Below, in pieces: positions 1 through 11,952 of a stretch of 64,000 nucleotides of DNA (positions are counted from its first letter, which is position 1; every line of letters begins with the position of its first letter). The stretch is taken from the NCBI GenBank assembly GCA_050084515.1, contig CM114271.1:13144001-13208000 (forward strand). Reading direction: 5' to 3'. A program made the position numbers and the translations under genes. Under the pieces are notes generated by a model. The model saw only the letters and a list, made by a program, of their open reading frames with translations, was not told the DNA's origin and made no database searches. Origin of the DNA: Blasia pusilla. Taxonomy: Eukaryota.

Positions 1-777
1 TGGCGTCCCCTACCTAGGAGATAGATGGTCCATGTTCGAGAGAGAGAACTCCTTAGTGCCTTTCATGTGTGTGCCTTGACTATGCTCCAAGGTTAAAAAT
101 TTGGATAAAATTCCAAGCCTTCACAAAAGAAAAACAAAAAAGAAAAAACAAAAACCAAATCTCCTGAGTGAGAACCCCAAATCTAGATGTGAAGGTGCCA
201 TGTTGGATGGGATGTCAATTTCACATATGTGGAAGGGGTCCCATAAGCCAGATCGGCTTCCTGTGAACTAAAAATCTACTCTACTCTACTCTCTCTCTCT
301 GTGAAGTTTTTTTTTCTCGATAGATAGCTGAACTTGATAAGTGAAAATATGTTTTGCCACTAGATAACCCTGATACTAAAGGTATTTCAGTTATCTAGGT
401 TAGCATATTGATCTTTCTTGTTCATAGCAAGTATTCCAAGTTTTGTTATTGGAGCATTCACGGACAATATCTGGTGTAATTTGTATATATTTTATTGATC
501 AATATATACTAATATTGACATAGTAAATTATTTCAAATTTTCCAAATATTTTTGGGTGGGGTTAGTGAGTGCCTATAGTCATGACTAAAGCCAGAGAACT
601 CCAACAGATTGTGAAGGAACATTGGCAAGAAGTACAGATGGAAGGTGGAACATCAAGCATATGGCAGTGCAAGAATTATTCATATTCTATAAAAACCTAT
701 CATAGCACGCAGATGATAGAGCATTTTACACGAGAGAGACGAAAGAAAAAGGATGGAAATCAGGACATCCATCATGC

Positions 778-2277
778 ACAACTCCATTTTTTGTAAAACT
801 TGGCAAGAGTGCTAGATGCATCTTGAAGACCGTGGTGGCCAAATTTCAGCTCAAGATGACAAAGTTGGACAAGATGAAAAATGAAAAAACCTCATTTTGG
901 TAGAAGGTCTAATGATTCGAGTCCAAAAATGAGTTAGAAATTTTTGAGCTTTTGCTCACAACTTCATTTTGCCTGAAACTTGGCAAGAGTGCTAGATGAA
1001 CCTTGGGGATCATGTTGGCCAAATTGCAGCTCAAGATGATGTGAGAAAAGAGAAAGTGACAAAAGTCACTGAAATCTTTACAAAACTTAGAGATACAAAG
1101 TGGCCTAGTCCGTCAATGCGCTCACAAAAGAGCTTCGATGGAACCTGAACATGGAGATAACTCGACATACAAGAATACGCTACTGCTGCGGCTTCCAACT
1201 ATTTCACTAAACGGGAAATTGGGATTTTTTACCTATTTTTCTTCTTTTCTATTAATAGAATTTTTTTTCTGAGGGCTGTGCCCTTAGATCCCCGCACCCT
1301 GATGCAATAAAGGGTGAGATAATCCTAGCAACGCCACTCTATAAACCACCTACGTCATAATACTATGACTCCTTCGACGTCTAAGTCGGAACCATCAATC
1401 TAGGCTTCTCTTCATACAAGGGGGCTGATCAGATTAATGGTGCTAAGAGAAGTGGATATTGAGAATCCGACAGATGAAAAGTTGGACAAGATGAAAAATG
1501 GAAAAACCTTATTTTGATAGAAGGTCGGGTCCAAAAAGGAGTTAGTAATTTTTGAGCTTTTTCTCATAAGCTTATTTTGCCTAAAACTTCGCAAGAGTGC
1601 TAGATGCACCTTGGTGAACATGTTGGCCAAATGACAAAGTTGGACAAGATGAAAAATAAAAAAGTCTTATTTTGGTAGAAGGTCTGATGGTTCGAGTCCA
1701 AAAAGGAGTTAGAAATTTTTGAGCTTTTGCTCACAACTTAAATTTTCCTGAAACTTGGCAAGAGTTCTAGATGCACCTTGGGGACCATGTTGGCCTAATT
1801 GCAGCTCAAGAGGAAAAATTTAGACAAGATGAAAAATGGAAAAACCTTATTTTGGTAGAAGGTCTGATGGTTCAGGTCCAAAAACGAATTAGAAATTTTT
1901 GAGCTTTTTCTCACAACTTCATTTGGCTGAAACTTGGCAAGAGTGGTAGATGCACTATGGAGACCATGTTGGCCAAATTGCAGCTAAAGATGACAAAGTT
2001 GGACAAGATGAAAAATGAAAAATGGAAAAACCTTATTTTGATAGAAGGTCTGATGGTTCAGGTCCAAAAAGGAGTTAGTAATTTTTGAGCATTTTCTCAC
2101 AACTCCATTTTTCCTGAAACTTGGTAAGAGTGCTAGATGCATCTTGAAGATGCTGTTGGCCAAACTTAAGCTCAAGAAGACAAAGTTGGACAAGATGAAA
2201 AATGAAAAAACCTTATTTTGGTAGAAGGTCTGATGGTTCGGGTCCAAAAAGGAGTTAGAAATTTTTGAGCTTTTGCC
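778..2277. repeat. Tandem array of ~180-bp AT-rich monomers (about 6 copies), interrupted by a solo LTR
   Basis: The motif GATGACAAAGTTGGACAAGATGAAAAATG...GAAGGTCTGATGGTTCGGGTCCAAAAAGGAGTTAG recurs at ~855, 1035/1473, 1631, 1810, 1989 and 2176. Spacings are ~180, 158, 179, 179 and 187 bp. Confidence 0.9.
1040..1472. mobile_element. Solo LTR (433 bp) inserted in the satellite
   Basis: TG...CA termini with a perfect 5-bp TSD GATGA (1035-1039 and 1473-1477). The satellite monomer resumes in register after it. Confidence 0.8.
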
Positions 2278-2680
2278 TACCAATCGCACGCTCCGGCCAC
2301 TTCAGTCGCAACTTCTTGAACCCTATCCAAGTGTGCCTTCAATTCATCTTCTATGACAAATTGCGAGACCGTCTTCTTGTTCACCTTCGAAGGGATCTCT
2401 GGTGTCGGTGTATTGAGGGCTTCTTCCCCTCTTCCATCGTCCTGATTGTCGTGAGGGCTACAATCTTCATGAGGTGGCAACTCCATCTTGTCTTTTACCA
2501 AAATACAAAAAGAAAGCTTATTTAGAAATGATTCCAATAATAGTGATACAATGGCACACGATACATCCGCACATCAATCAAGATTCATCATTTACAAAAT
2601 TTCATAGTAACACATTCATCTTTTTGAACCAAGTCTTTTATTTCTCATGAAAAATATCCAATCCTCAAATGGGTTTACAA

Positions 2681-4382
2681 TCATACTACCACTATTATTG
2701 GCCATAATCCCGAATCTACATCGTCTACACCTAATACTTTCGCATTTGCTCTGATATATGCAATAAGAAACTCTAAGCTTTTGCGATTAGAGGGATTCGG
2801 AGCTAATGCCCACTTTTGAATCCTTTCCAAATAAGTAAATCTCACGTTCGCTTGGGCATTCCCAACAGAGAGGTTGTATGTCACATAGTTCAAATTCTTC
2901 ACAATCATTCCTAGGGCATAGATTTCAGTGGCCTTGCTAAAAGGGAGATTCTGAGGCCGTGTTGTCAACTTTGGTCTATATGCCTAGCATGATTTTTTTA
3001 TTCATGCTGCCACCATCTATGAGGAGACTCCAAGACTTCATCAATCCACATGGCATTCCCCCGATCTCCAACGCCGATGTATGGGCTAGAGTTGGATCCA
3101 AAATGGATGAACATGTTTCTAGCATGGAGGTCGGTATGAAAAATCCCACGCTTGTGGACAAACTCCATGGTACCAAGAAGGACAACCACAAGCTGGTCGA
3201 CATTTGATGCTATTGCGAGACATCTCATCTTTTCCAACTCTCCTAGATTACCCCTCCCCCCGTTCTTCAAGTTATTGCATGCTCGCAACTAACTTCCGAG
3301 GTGTCCACCATTCCAATATGGAAAAATGGCACGCATTGGATCCTCGATCACCCTTCCCATTATGCAAACAATGTGGAAAACTGCTAAACAAGCATAATTG
3401 GTGGAAAACGGCTCTCACACACACATACCACCATGGAGAACGAAATTTGAAATGAGAGAATAAGTGGAGGCTGGTTCTCTTCTCAAGTATATAGGGTATC
3501 TACAAGCAATCCTAACCCTGCCCTTAATCACAGTCTCGAGTTAGACTAACTATGATTAACTAACCCTAGTTGAGATAATCGTGCTTAATTGACTAACCAA
3601 GATTAATCTTCCCTACTTCGTGTGAATACCAAATGTAGCAATTCAGGTGTCTCATGAGCTTGATTGTAACTCAATCTTCAATAAAAAACACCGCGATGTA
3701 AAATACTCCCAAAAAACTCCTCTCGCATCATCGATTGTCTAGATCTTGATAGAGATGAATCCTTATACACCTTCATGCAATAGTATATTTCTTCCCTAAA
3801 GCCATGGGTTCTGTTTATTTTAAAATGGTACACAATTCTGTGTAAACCGGTTCCCACAATATCGCTCAAGTCATGTCTTATTACTACATTCATATCGGAA
3901 ATCAAAGTTGTTGCACATGGAACGGTCAATGTCAACCCCAGAGAAGTACTATGTCCCTTGAAAATACGTTGAGCAGTGCTTAACTCTATACATAATCTTT
4001 CTAGGAGAGCCGACTCTACAACATTCTACTTCTCATCCTTATATGTCTTGAGATCGACATACGCTCTCTCTAGATTAACACCTTGTTGGGCACAAAATTT
4101 AGTCAACCTATCACCCTCCGCGGCATCCACTTCCCAGTCAAATGCATTTGCCACTCTATTGGAAAATCTCTGCAATTCCAAGGTGTAGTTATGTAAACCA
4201 TCCATACCCCTCCAAATGTAGGATCGTCTCTTGTCTAAAAAAAATTGGAAAAACCTGTCCAACCATGCCTCTCTTATGGCCATGTTGAAATCATTCCTTA
4301 GAGTTACTCTTTGCCTCTTGGCCGTGACGTTGGACTCATTTTGGTTCTCTCCTGCTCTCGATGACCCAGCCCCACTAGACAT
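2681..4382 (-). pseudogene. Degenerate intronless Ser/Thr protein kinase with an unknown N-terminal region
   Basis: Kinase motifs occur in order: IVGTGLHRIVY (Gly loop), YCMKVYK (Lys), REEFFGSILHRGV (alphaC), FPYWNGGHL (V), HKRGIFHTDLHARN (VIb), VGDRG (VII), HIDP-like (VIII, frameshifted), SKATEIYALGMIV (IX), LAPNPSNR (XI). It has several stops, a frameshift and an insertion at 3372-3680. Confidence 0.8.
3372..3680 (-). mobile_element. LTR-like ~310-bp insertion splitting the kinase between subdomains III and IV
   Basis: The kinase frame stops at HRGVFY and resumes at VCIMGRVIEDP. The insert has a TATA-like motif and ends TTTTCCACA on the minus strand. No clean TSD. Confidence 0.55.
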
Positions 4383-4809
4383 TTCCCTCGGATGAAGAAG
4401 ATAATAATATCTTAAAAAATACAAGGGAAAGAAATGTACAGGTTGAGATAAGAAAATATTGAGAAGAGAATGTACCAGCGTGTGAATGATGGAAGTTTAG
4501 GGTTGGGCTCTCAAAGGGAATAGGTAGATATGGGCATGTTTAGACAAGGTTACTTGATCACCTCCATATCCCCGATATGCTAAAGAGAACGAATAGAACA
4601 AGAAAAAACACTCGCGTCTATGAATCGTAAATCTCAAAATCACCAAACAAGTTTAGTGAAACAAGAGATTTCCACACTCACAAACACTCACCTAATGTGG
4701 AGTCAATTGGAGTTTATTTAAGATGCAACAAGGAGCACAAATATCCAAGTTGGTCCCAAATAAAATCCAAGTACTCCCAAAAGGCACCCAAGGGATTTCT
4801 CCAAAATTC

Positions 4810-5871
4810 CTAGTAACCTTGGGGGGCTTTGCGGGCCCTAGAGCTCTGATACTGGGCGGGGGGGGCTTTGCGGGCTTTGTCGCGGGCCACAAAGCCCGTG
4901 CGCAGGATGTACACGCGCCCTAAAGCCCGCATGCGGGCTAGGCTGAGGCAAAAAATCAGAGGGGCGACGCGATCCAATTTGTCCATGACGCGGGTCCGAC
5001 AGAAAATTGGGGCCGAGCATGATGCGCATTGGCCGGGAAAGGGTGGATTGCTTGGTGTGCACGGGCCTGACTGCAAGCAACGCATGCTCATGGAGCCCGC
5101 ATGGACATTTCCATCCCCGGGACGGACATATTTCCGCGGACTTAGGGTTTGCGGGCTCATGGGGCCGTATGCAGGGGGCGCTCGTGAGCCCTAGAGCTTG
5201 CATACGATTAGGGCGAGGGCCTTGTGGGCCCGCATGCGGGATTTGTTGCGGGCCACAAAGCTCATGAGCGGGATGTACGAGGGTCCTAGAGCCCGCATGC
5301 AGGCTAGGCCGAGGCGACAAATCAGAGGGCGCGACGCGACCCAATTTGTCTACGATGCAGGTCCGACAGAAAATTGGGGGCTGAGCGTGATGCGCACTGG
5401 CTAGGAAAGGGAGGATTGTTCGATGTGCACGGGCCCGACTGCGGGCAACGCGGGCTCATGGAGCCCGTACCCGGGCCCGCACGGACATGTCCGTCCTCGG
5501 GACGGACATATTTCCGCGGACACGGACTTTGTCCGCGTGCAACCTTGGCCATAGGGCGGGCTCGGGATTTGGGAAGGGGTGCGGGCTTAGATTAAGTAAG
5601 GTAGGCAAGGATTGACCCGCAGTTAGCCCGTACCAAATTGTATAGGGCGTAATGAGGCTCGAGCCTGCCCAATTTGGGCCTATCTTGGGCTTAGGCCAGG
5701 CCAGTTCGGGCTACAAAATAGGAAATGGATGCCTAGACTGGGTACGGGCTTATCGAGCCCAGATGTAAGTTATGGGTGGGGCGGGCTTGGGCATCCGTGC
5801 TTGCATGGACATGTTTGTCCTAGGGATAGGCATAAGTCCAGAGACACGAACTTTGTTCATGTGCAACCTTG
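4810..5871. mobile_element. GC-rich repetitive subterminal region with two stacked right ends of a probable hAT-type DNA transposon
   Basis: An internal ~360-bp duplication (~4925-5250 vs ~5291-5547). The terminus GGACACGGACTTTGTCC...GTGCAACCTTG ends at 5547 and 5871, and the same terminus occurs at 17069 and 58924. Confidence 0.55.
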
Positions 5872-6241
5872 ATGAAGATGTCAAGTCTTTTGTAGTGAAA
5901 TAGAGAGTATCCAAGCGGTGCTTTGGGGGAGATCTAAGGTCAAGCCCAATAGATCAAGGTTCTCAAGAATCATGCAATTACACATTAAGGAATAGGAGAA
6001 CTCTTAAGTGTAAATTTCCCTTCGTGTGAGCTCATTTGGAGCTTATTTGAGGAATTTCTTATTTGTAGTAAGTTTCTAATGTTGAAAGAATTGACTTTAT
6101 AAATATACAAAGTGACCCTTCACCCACTATTGTAGATTTAAGGTTTAGGAGGTGACTTGTGTCATTGTATAGGTCAGCAAAAATATTGCTTGGGGAGAAA
6201 GAGGGAAATAGGATGTATCTTAAGGAGAGAGAATTTCAGAG

Positions 6242-6443
6242 CAAAGTTTTGCATAAATTGCATATTCAGAAATATTTTTGGGAAATTCATAAATATGCAG
6301 TCCCAAATTTTCCTAGAGAAATCCTATAATTAACATGAAACCTCTTTTTTTAGCTACATAGAAACCAAAAACCCGAATATTTCATTTCTTTCCAAAAATT
6401 TTAGAAAATTTAAATTCCATACCAAATATTTTGGTAAACCTTG
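6242..6443. mobile_element. hAT-type MITE (~200 bp)
   Basis: Termini CAAAGTTT...AAACCTTG, flanked by a degenerate 8-bp duplication TTTCAGAG/CTTGGGAG. The uninterrupted paralogue at ~25598 has a single CTTGAGAG. Confidence 0.6.
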
Positions 6444-6555
6444 CTTGGGAGCTCATGATTTATTTCTCTATTGAGCCTCCTTTCTATGAGGCAACATGAT
6501 AGTTATGATACTTCTTGCCTAAGGTTTATAAGTAACCTTATCCTTTCACCATGGT

Positions 6556-7564
6556 TGTTGTGCCCCTACTCCTCTTGAACGTCAATCTCACCTGGTGCAG
6601 AAGCTCACGTTTAATAAGACACACTTACACTGCTAATCTGCACCCAAACACAATCATGTTAGTCTTTTCTGGGCCAATCATCCTTCCAACTCCCGGACTT
6701 CTAAACTCGACCATTCATTAAGGTAAACTCTCCTAGTTCCTCATTTCCCAAGATGGGCAAGTCTTCCTAGACTTGGGTGAGGCTTTCTAGGTAGTCCAAG
6801 CACCTAAAACCACGCTCGAATGTCTAGCGGTCCCAACTGTCCAATGGACCTTGTATGAGTCTCTAACTTAGTTCCAAAAAATGAGTCGTAGGTTGGAATC
6901 CAAGAGGGATTTCTAAAATGCGCTCTTTTGGACTTGGCTAGGGTTCGCACCCCAACATCAACCTCTCGATCCATTCCGTGCCCTCGGTTTTCCCCATGAC
7001 TCCCAAATTGGATTTTAGGTCTCAAGCACCCTTGGAGACCCTTCCCCGTACTAGTTGTTTTGGGATTCTCCGCCCTCCCCATATCTTTGGGACAAGGATT
7101 CTCAAGCCACTCCTTTAATTTGGCCCTCAATCTAGCTCCTCGTTCAATCATTTTCAGGAAGTGTCTTGAACTCTGCCTATGCATTTGTCTATATCTTTGG
7201 TGCATTGGAAGTGGATTTACATAAGCTTTCCAACGCCACCTTATTTGTTCCAAATCCATCTCAGGTCTAGAAGTTATGATCCAAAATATAGTAAAACCCC
7301 AAAATGCTAGTCACGTTCTAAATCCAATTCTTAACCTCATTGGTAACCACTCTTCCTAGGCTTGACTTCTCTCAAGTCTTGGTTCACGTTTGCTTCACGT
7401 TTGCTTATTCGTGAGCATAAATGCGTGAAACTCTCAAGCTTGCTCACATCTCATATCTTATGTCTCCTTCAAGAGATCTCTCCAATGCGCAAACATCCTA
7501 GTGTGAACCCACTAGAGTTCCAATGTTCACTCTTTGCGCATGTTTGGCTATGAGGGTCGTGACA
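6556..7564. mobile_element. Solo LTR (1009 bp), same family as 28482-29478 but in opposite orientation
   Basis: TG...CA ends with a perfect 5-bp TSD ATGGT (6551-6555 and 7565-7569). The reverse complement aligns with 28482-29478. Confidence 0.88.
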
Positions 7565-8048
7565 ATGGTAGTGAGTTTGGTTTGGAGAGAGAGAGAGAGA
7601 AAGAAAGAAATAGAACTTTGTGTTAGCGAAAGATAAGTTTCTATTTTAATTGGAGATATTTTGGGACCTACTCGTATCTATTTTTGGATCCCATGATTGA
7701 ATATTTTAAGCTTGTGTTTTGTGTGCTTATTATTAACAATGAAATCGATGTGTGCACAACACTCTACACACACTTGATAGAGAGTAGAGAATGGGAAATG
7801 TAGAAGGAGGCATGTGGGGAAGTATTAGAGACGATAAAAAATATGCAAACAAAAAAGAACATGATAGAAACTGCGGCATTCAATTCTTATCTCAAAACCT
7901 CTTCCATACGAGGAACCTTCCTCTATAAATAATTGCTATGTGCCCTACAAGATCCTTCATTTAAATTTTTTTGAATGCATTCAGGTTATATTACCAATTA
8001 CCATGCATATGCATAGAATGACTAAAATCTAACTTTATGCATGTTTGT

Positions 8049-9150
8049 TGATACCAAGTGACGCCGAGAAGTTCTTTGCTCTTTTTCCCAAGCTGCAAAC
8101 CTGCAATCACCAAGCAACAATACAGGCAAAACTACAAGCTGCAACACTTGATCACTCAAAATCCCGGCGTGCCACCAAACCTCTCGGAGTTTGGCTCCGA
8201 CTATACCCAACACACTCTCTGATTTCTGATCACAAGGGCTCAGTTCTCCACATTAGGAGCAATCTAGGGAAGCACACTCAGAGTTCAGCCAGCCAATCCT
8301 GATTTCGACGGCGCTTCCGCGTGATTCACTACTAGGCTGAACCAAAGAACCTCCCGCTCTCACTCCAAGTCCAAGACACTCCAATCCAACCGATCATGAG
8401 CTGATAGCAAACTGATCTAGCTTCAAACAACTGTCCAGAAATCTTGCCCAAGCTCGCTCGATCCTACTCGACCTGACCACGTGTTTCACTCCACATCCCG
8501 AGACTGAGCCTCAAGCCTTCAGGTTGTGCGATCCCTCGATTTCATAGCACCCCTTCCTCTTTGCGCATCAACCCTGATCGCTACAGCTCTGATCTCACTG
8601 CCCACGACCCCGCAATGGAAGCGTCTACTTCCCAGCTTTCGAACACATCCAAGAACTCCGAGAACAGCCCTCGTTTCGACCTCGTCTTGCAGTTATACTG
8701 AACTCGACTCCTGTCGGGTTCTTATACTGCCGCGGCGGTTCGGCTCTTTCACGCTCCACGACTAGGACATACTCCCGTACCCGAACTCGCGCCCGGTTCC
8801 GAGTACGTTTGGTACTCACGGAGGTCCACCTGACCTTGGCTGCTCTTCCTCTGCCTTCCCAGTTCTAGCTACCATTGCACACTTTGCGGCGCCGATACAT
8901 TGGGCGGCGGTTTTGGCGGAAGCCCCAATTAGCCCTATGGCAACCCTGTTTATCCCGCCGCTGATTCTCGACTAGTACGGATGCAACCTAGACCTTGTAC
9001 AACTGCAACCTAGACCTTGGCCCATGGTTGACTATGAGTGGCGTCTTTCCTAGTGATCTCGTCATAGCCTGATTCAAGTAAACAACGGTGATCGGCGATA
9101 CCTGGTGGCAGCGTACTTGGGTTCGCGGGTTCAGAATATACTCGACGACA
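8049..9150 (-). mobile_element. 5' LTR (~1.09 kb, 8059-9150) followed by a truncated tRNA-Met-type primer binding site
   Basis: The minus strand starts TGTCGTCGAG and ends CTCGGCGTCA (8/10 inverted match). After 2 nt comes TGGTATCA (8049-8056). The internal region is absent. Confidence 0.6.
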
Positions 9151-11293
9151 TCGAGTCTTGTGTTTAACTTAGGGTTTTGGGATTGAGGCCATTTCTTTCT
9201 TTCTTTTAATTGGTTTTATTTTATTTTCTAGATGTTCTAGAGAATTTTAAGAGGGAATCTCATACTATTGTAAACTATTTTGAGATTAGAAATTGCTCCT
9301 CTAGAACCCATACAAAAATGGAAAAGGATCATGCAATCCCTTCTAAGAAGATCCTTTTGATTCGTGGAATGTCACTTTTGCTATCTTATAGAATTTTCCT
9401 AGGATTCGCATTAGAAACAATCCAATGCTATCAGATCTTCTTTTCCGCCATGGTCACTTCCTTCGTAGCATACTGACTCCCACAAGTCAATTTCTTGCTT
9501 TTTTCTATTCCAAAGAACCACCATAACTTTGAATTTTGTAACGACCAAAAATTTATTTTTTTATGCCCAATAAATGCATCTTTATCTCACAAACTATTTC
9601 ATTCGAACATAGGTTGATCGAACTAGGAAAGAGGAGGCATTTGTGACTATCTATATTTAATTTTTTAATTAGGGGACAACATACTAATAGCTACATGATT
9701 ATGGGAAAGAGTATAATGACTACAAGGATCTTTAGGGAATCTATCTTATAATTGGCAACCTTACATGGACAATATGACAAAATAGTAACTAGTTTGTAAT
9801 TTTTTCTTTTAAGTCACACTAGATATTTTGGAAAAGGAAAATGAATTTGAATGGAAGAGGGAAATGAATTCATTAATTAAAATTAATTAACGATGTAGTC
9901 AATATTTGTTGTTTTGGTGGGAGGAGTGGAAGGGGAGGAGGAGGTATTGTAAGCTTTTATAGAAGGGTGGAATTATTTAGGGGAGTGAGATATTATTTTA
10001 ACTTTAATTGAGGAGTGGGGTTAGTATTTAGAAGAAAGAAATGTTATCATTCCTCTAAAATTTGAGAAAGTTGAAATTATCTTTTAAATTTAGAATATGA
10101 TTATTTAAAAAATCATTTTCTGTGACCTAACTTGCATGTAGGTTGCACGTAGAGTCGTGTACGTGACAAAAATTAAACACTCGGTAGTGATCTTAGGAGA
10201 GAGGCTATGAGGTGGGGACTATGTATTTCTCTTCTAGAAGAGGTGGTGGGGGTCATAGGTGTTTCCGGATTGTGGGGAGGATTATTTTTAAAACTGATTA
10301 AAATTAGGGAACCTAGGGACCCCTTATCTTGTCTATAGATTGTTGGAATTTCTCCACAGTTTGGTTGGCTTGGATTTGATGGAGTCAAACGCATTGGCGA
10401 TAAAACTAGGCTTTTGAGCCAAATGCTCCGATAATATAATATCACGTAGATCATGGGCGAAAGCACCGCTGGGTTTAGGAACCCCTCCTCTGGTGTCGAC
10501 ACGTGTAAGGAGGAATTAATAACAAACAAAAAGAAGTACATTTTTCCACGGGCAGGATGGTAGTAAGAATGTCGCGCTCCGGAGCTTGCGCGTAAGGCTG
10601 TGTATGGTATGGGTCTGCAGTCTCGAGAGTCTGAGCCAGCTGCCGGAATTCGACGAGGTTGCGCTACTCACTACTTTGCCGCTTTTAGTGCGTTGTTCTA
10701 TTCTAACAGACCGCTGAGCTCAATTTTCGGTGTCGAAACCCGTTGGGATCTGGTGCGATCCAGCGGGTGTTACTCCACAGGACTGCAAGGTGCTTCGCGG
10801 GTTCATACATTTGGTGGGCTCAGCTACAATTAGAAGTCCATCGACATATATATAGTCTTGCATGCGACTCAATCTACATTTATAGTCTCGCATCCGTCGA
10901 ATCGACGCAGAAATTCTTGCTTGTGAAGTCTTGGGATCCCGGGGTGGTAGAACTACACGCGTTTGAGACTGAACGCCGAGGTTTTGAGTACGCTTCGTAC
11001 ATTGTTGGACTAGTCGAGTTCGAGAGGCGCGGTTGGGAAGAGAATCGAACGCTACAGCTCGACGATCGAATGTACCAACCAGTCCGACCGGAATCGTGCA
11101 AGAGAGTTGAGTTTTCATTCGAGGTGGGTTCGACTTAATTTAGAGTTTATCAGCGCGTGTTTCCGGTGTCCGGCGAATGATGAGCTCTACTGGAGAAATT
11201 GGAGGGTGTGGATCGCAGAGCTTTTCTTGTGAGCGTAGACGTATACTGATTCGAGTGGAACTGCGAGAGCACTGGGTCACTCTACGGTTCTTA

Positions 11294-11776
11294 GCTAGTT
11301 GATAGTAGCTGACGCTTTAATTGGAGAGACTGTTGACCAAATTTCATCACATGGGAGCTGGCTATTCCTATTTCTTTAGTTGATCGAGTGTCATACTAGA
11401 TCTCTGGGGAAAAAGAAGTTATCGTCACAGTGCAGCCAGTTATCGAAATTTTTTCCGTCATGGTCGTAAGAATGCTGGTAATTAATTGAAGAGACGCCGC
11501 GATGGACTGCCCACATGTTGTTTGGAACTCACAGATGTGCGTGGCTAGTTGATGGTGGCCGAAACTTGAAGTGGAGGGACTGTCGCCCTATTGAGAACAT
11601 GGGAGCTGGCTGTTCCCATTACCTCAGTCGATTTGAAAGTTTTAATCCATCCTATCTCTGGGACGCCAGAGTTTATCATCAGTGTGACTGAAATTTCCGT
11701 CGTTTCATGATCTCAAGAATACTGATGTGAAAGAAGAGACGCTGTGATGAACAGGCCACCCGTAGATTGGAACGCT
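11294..11776. repeat. Diverged ~250-bp tandem duplication upstream of the PAR1-like CDS
   Basis: Colinear blocks GCTAGTTGAT, ACATGGGAGCTGGCT, TCTCTGGG, GAAGAGACGC and TGGAAC occur at both ~11294-11530 and ~11544-11776. Confidence 0.7.
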
Positions 11777-11952
11777 CTTTACTTCGATGGCCTTTTACCT
11801 TGAAATATGCTATTCGATGACTCAGAAATTCATGACAGCGCGTGCTGAATTTTCGCCTGCTCCGATGTGCAGTGACTCACGCCAGTAAGGTTTCTTGCTG
11901 GTAGTACGTGGCGCTGCTGGATTTTGTTTAACGACTCAATTCAACCATTAAA

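Larger units (their letters stand above)
5879..7761 (+). mobile_element. Old long-type (~650 bp) LTR copy carrying two nested insertions
   Basis: Starts TGTCAAGTCTTTT (cf. TGTCACGTCTTTT at 25269) and aligns with 25269-25919 on both sides of the inserts. Ends ATTGGAGATATTTTGG...GCACAACA. Confidence 0.65.

Noticed and set aside
778-2277. CRISPR-like repeat array
   Set aside because: Whole ~180-bp units repeat with no unique spacers, the context is eukaryotic, and no cas genes are present.
4692-5595. Many overlapping ORFs on both strands
   Set aside because: They arise from a GC-rich, stop-poor repeat and show no recognisable protein motifs.
6804-7259. 151-aa ORF similar to 28757-29237
   Set aside because: Both lie inside copies of the same solo LTR, so the similarity reflects DNA homology. 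The frame is not conserved between copies.
10600-11138. Overlapping ~130-aa ORFs upstream of PAR1
   Set aside because: No recognisable domains; more plausibly promoter or 5' UTR sequence.
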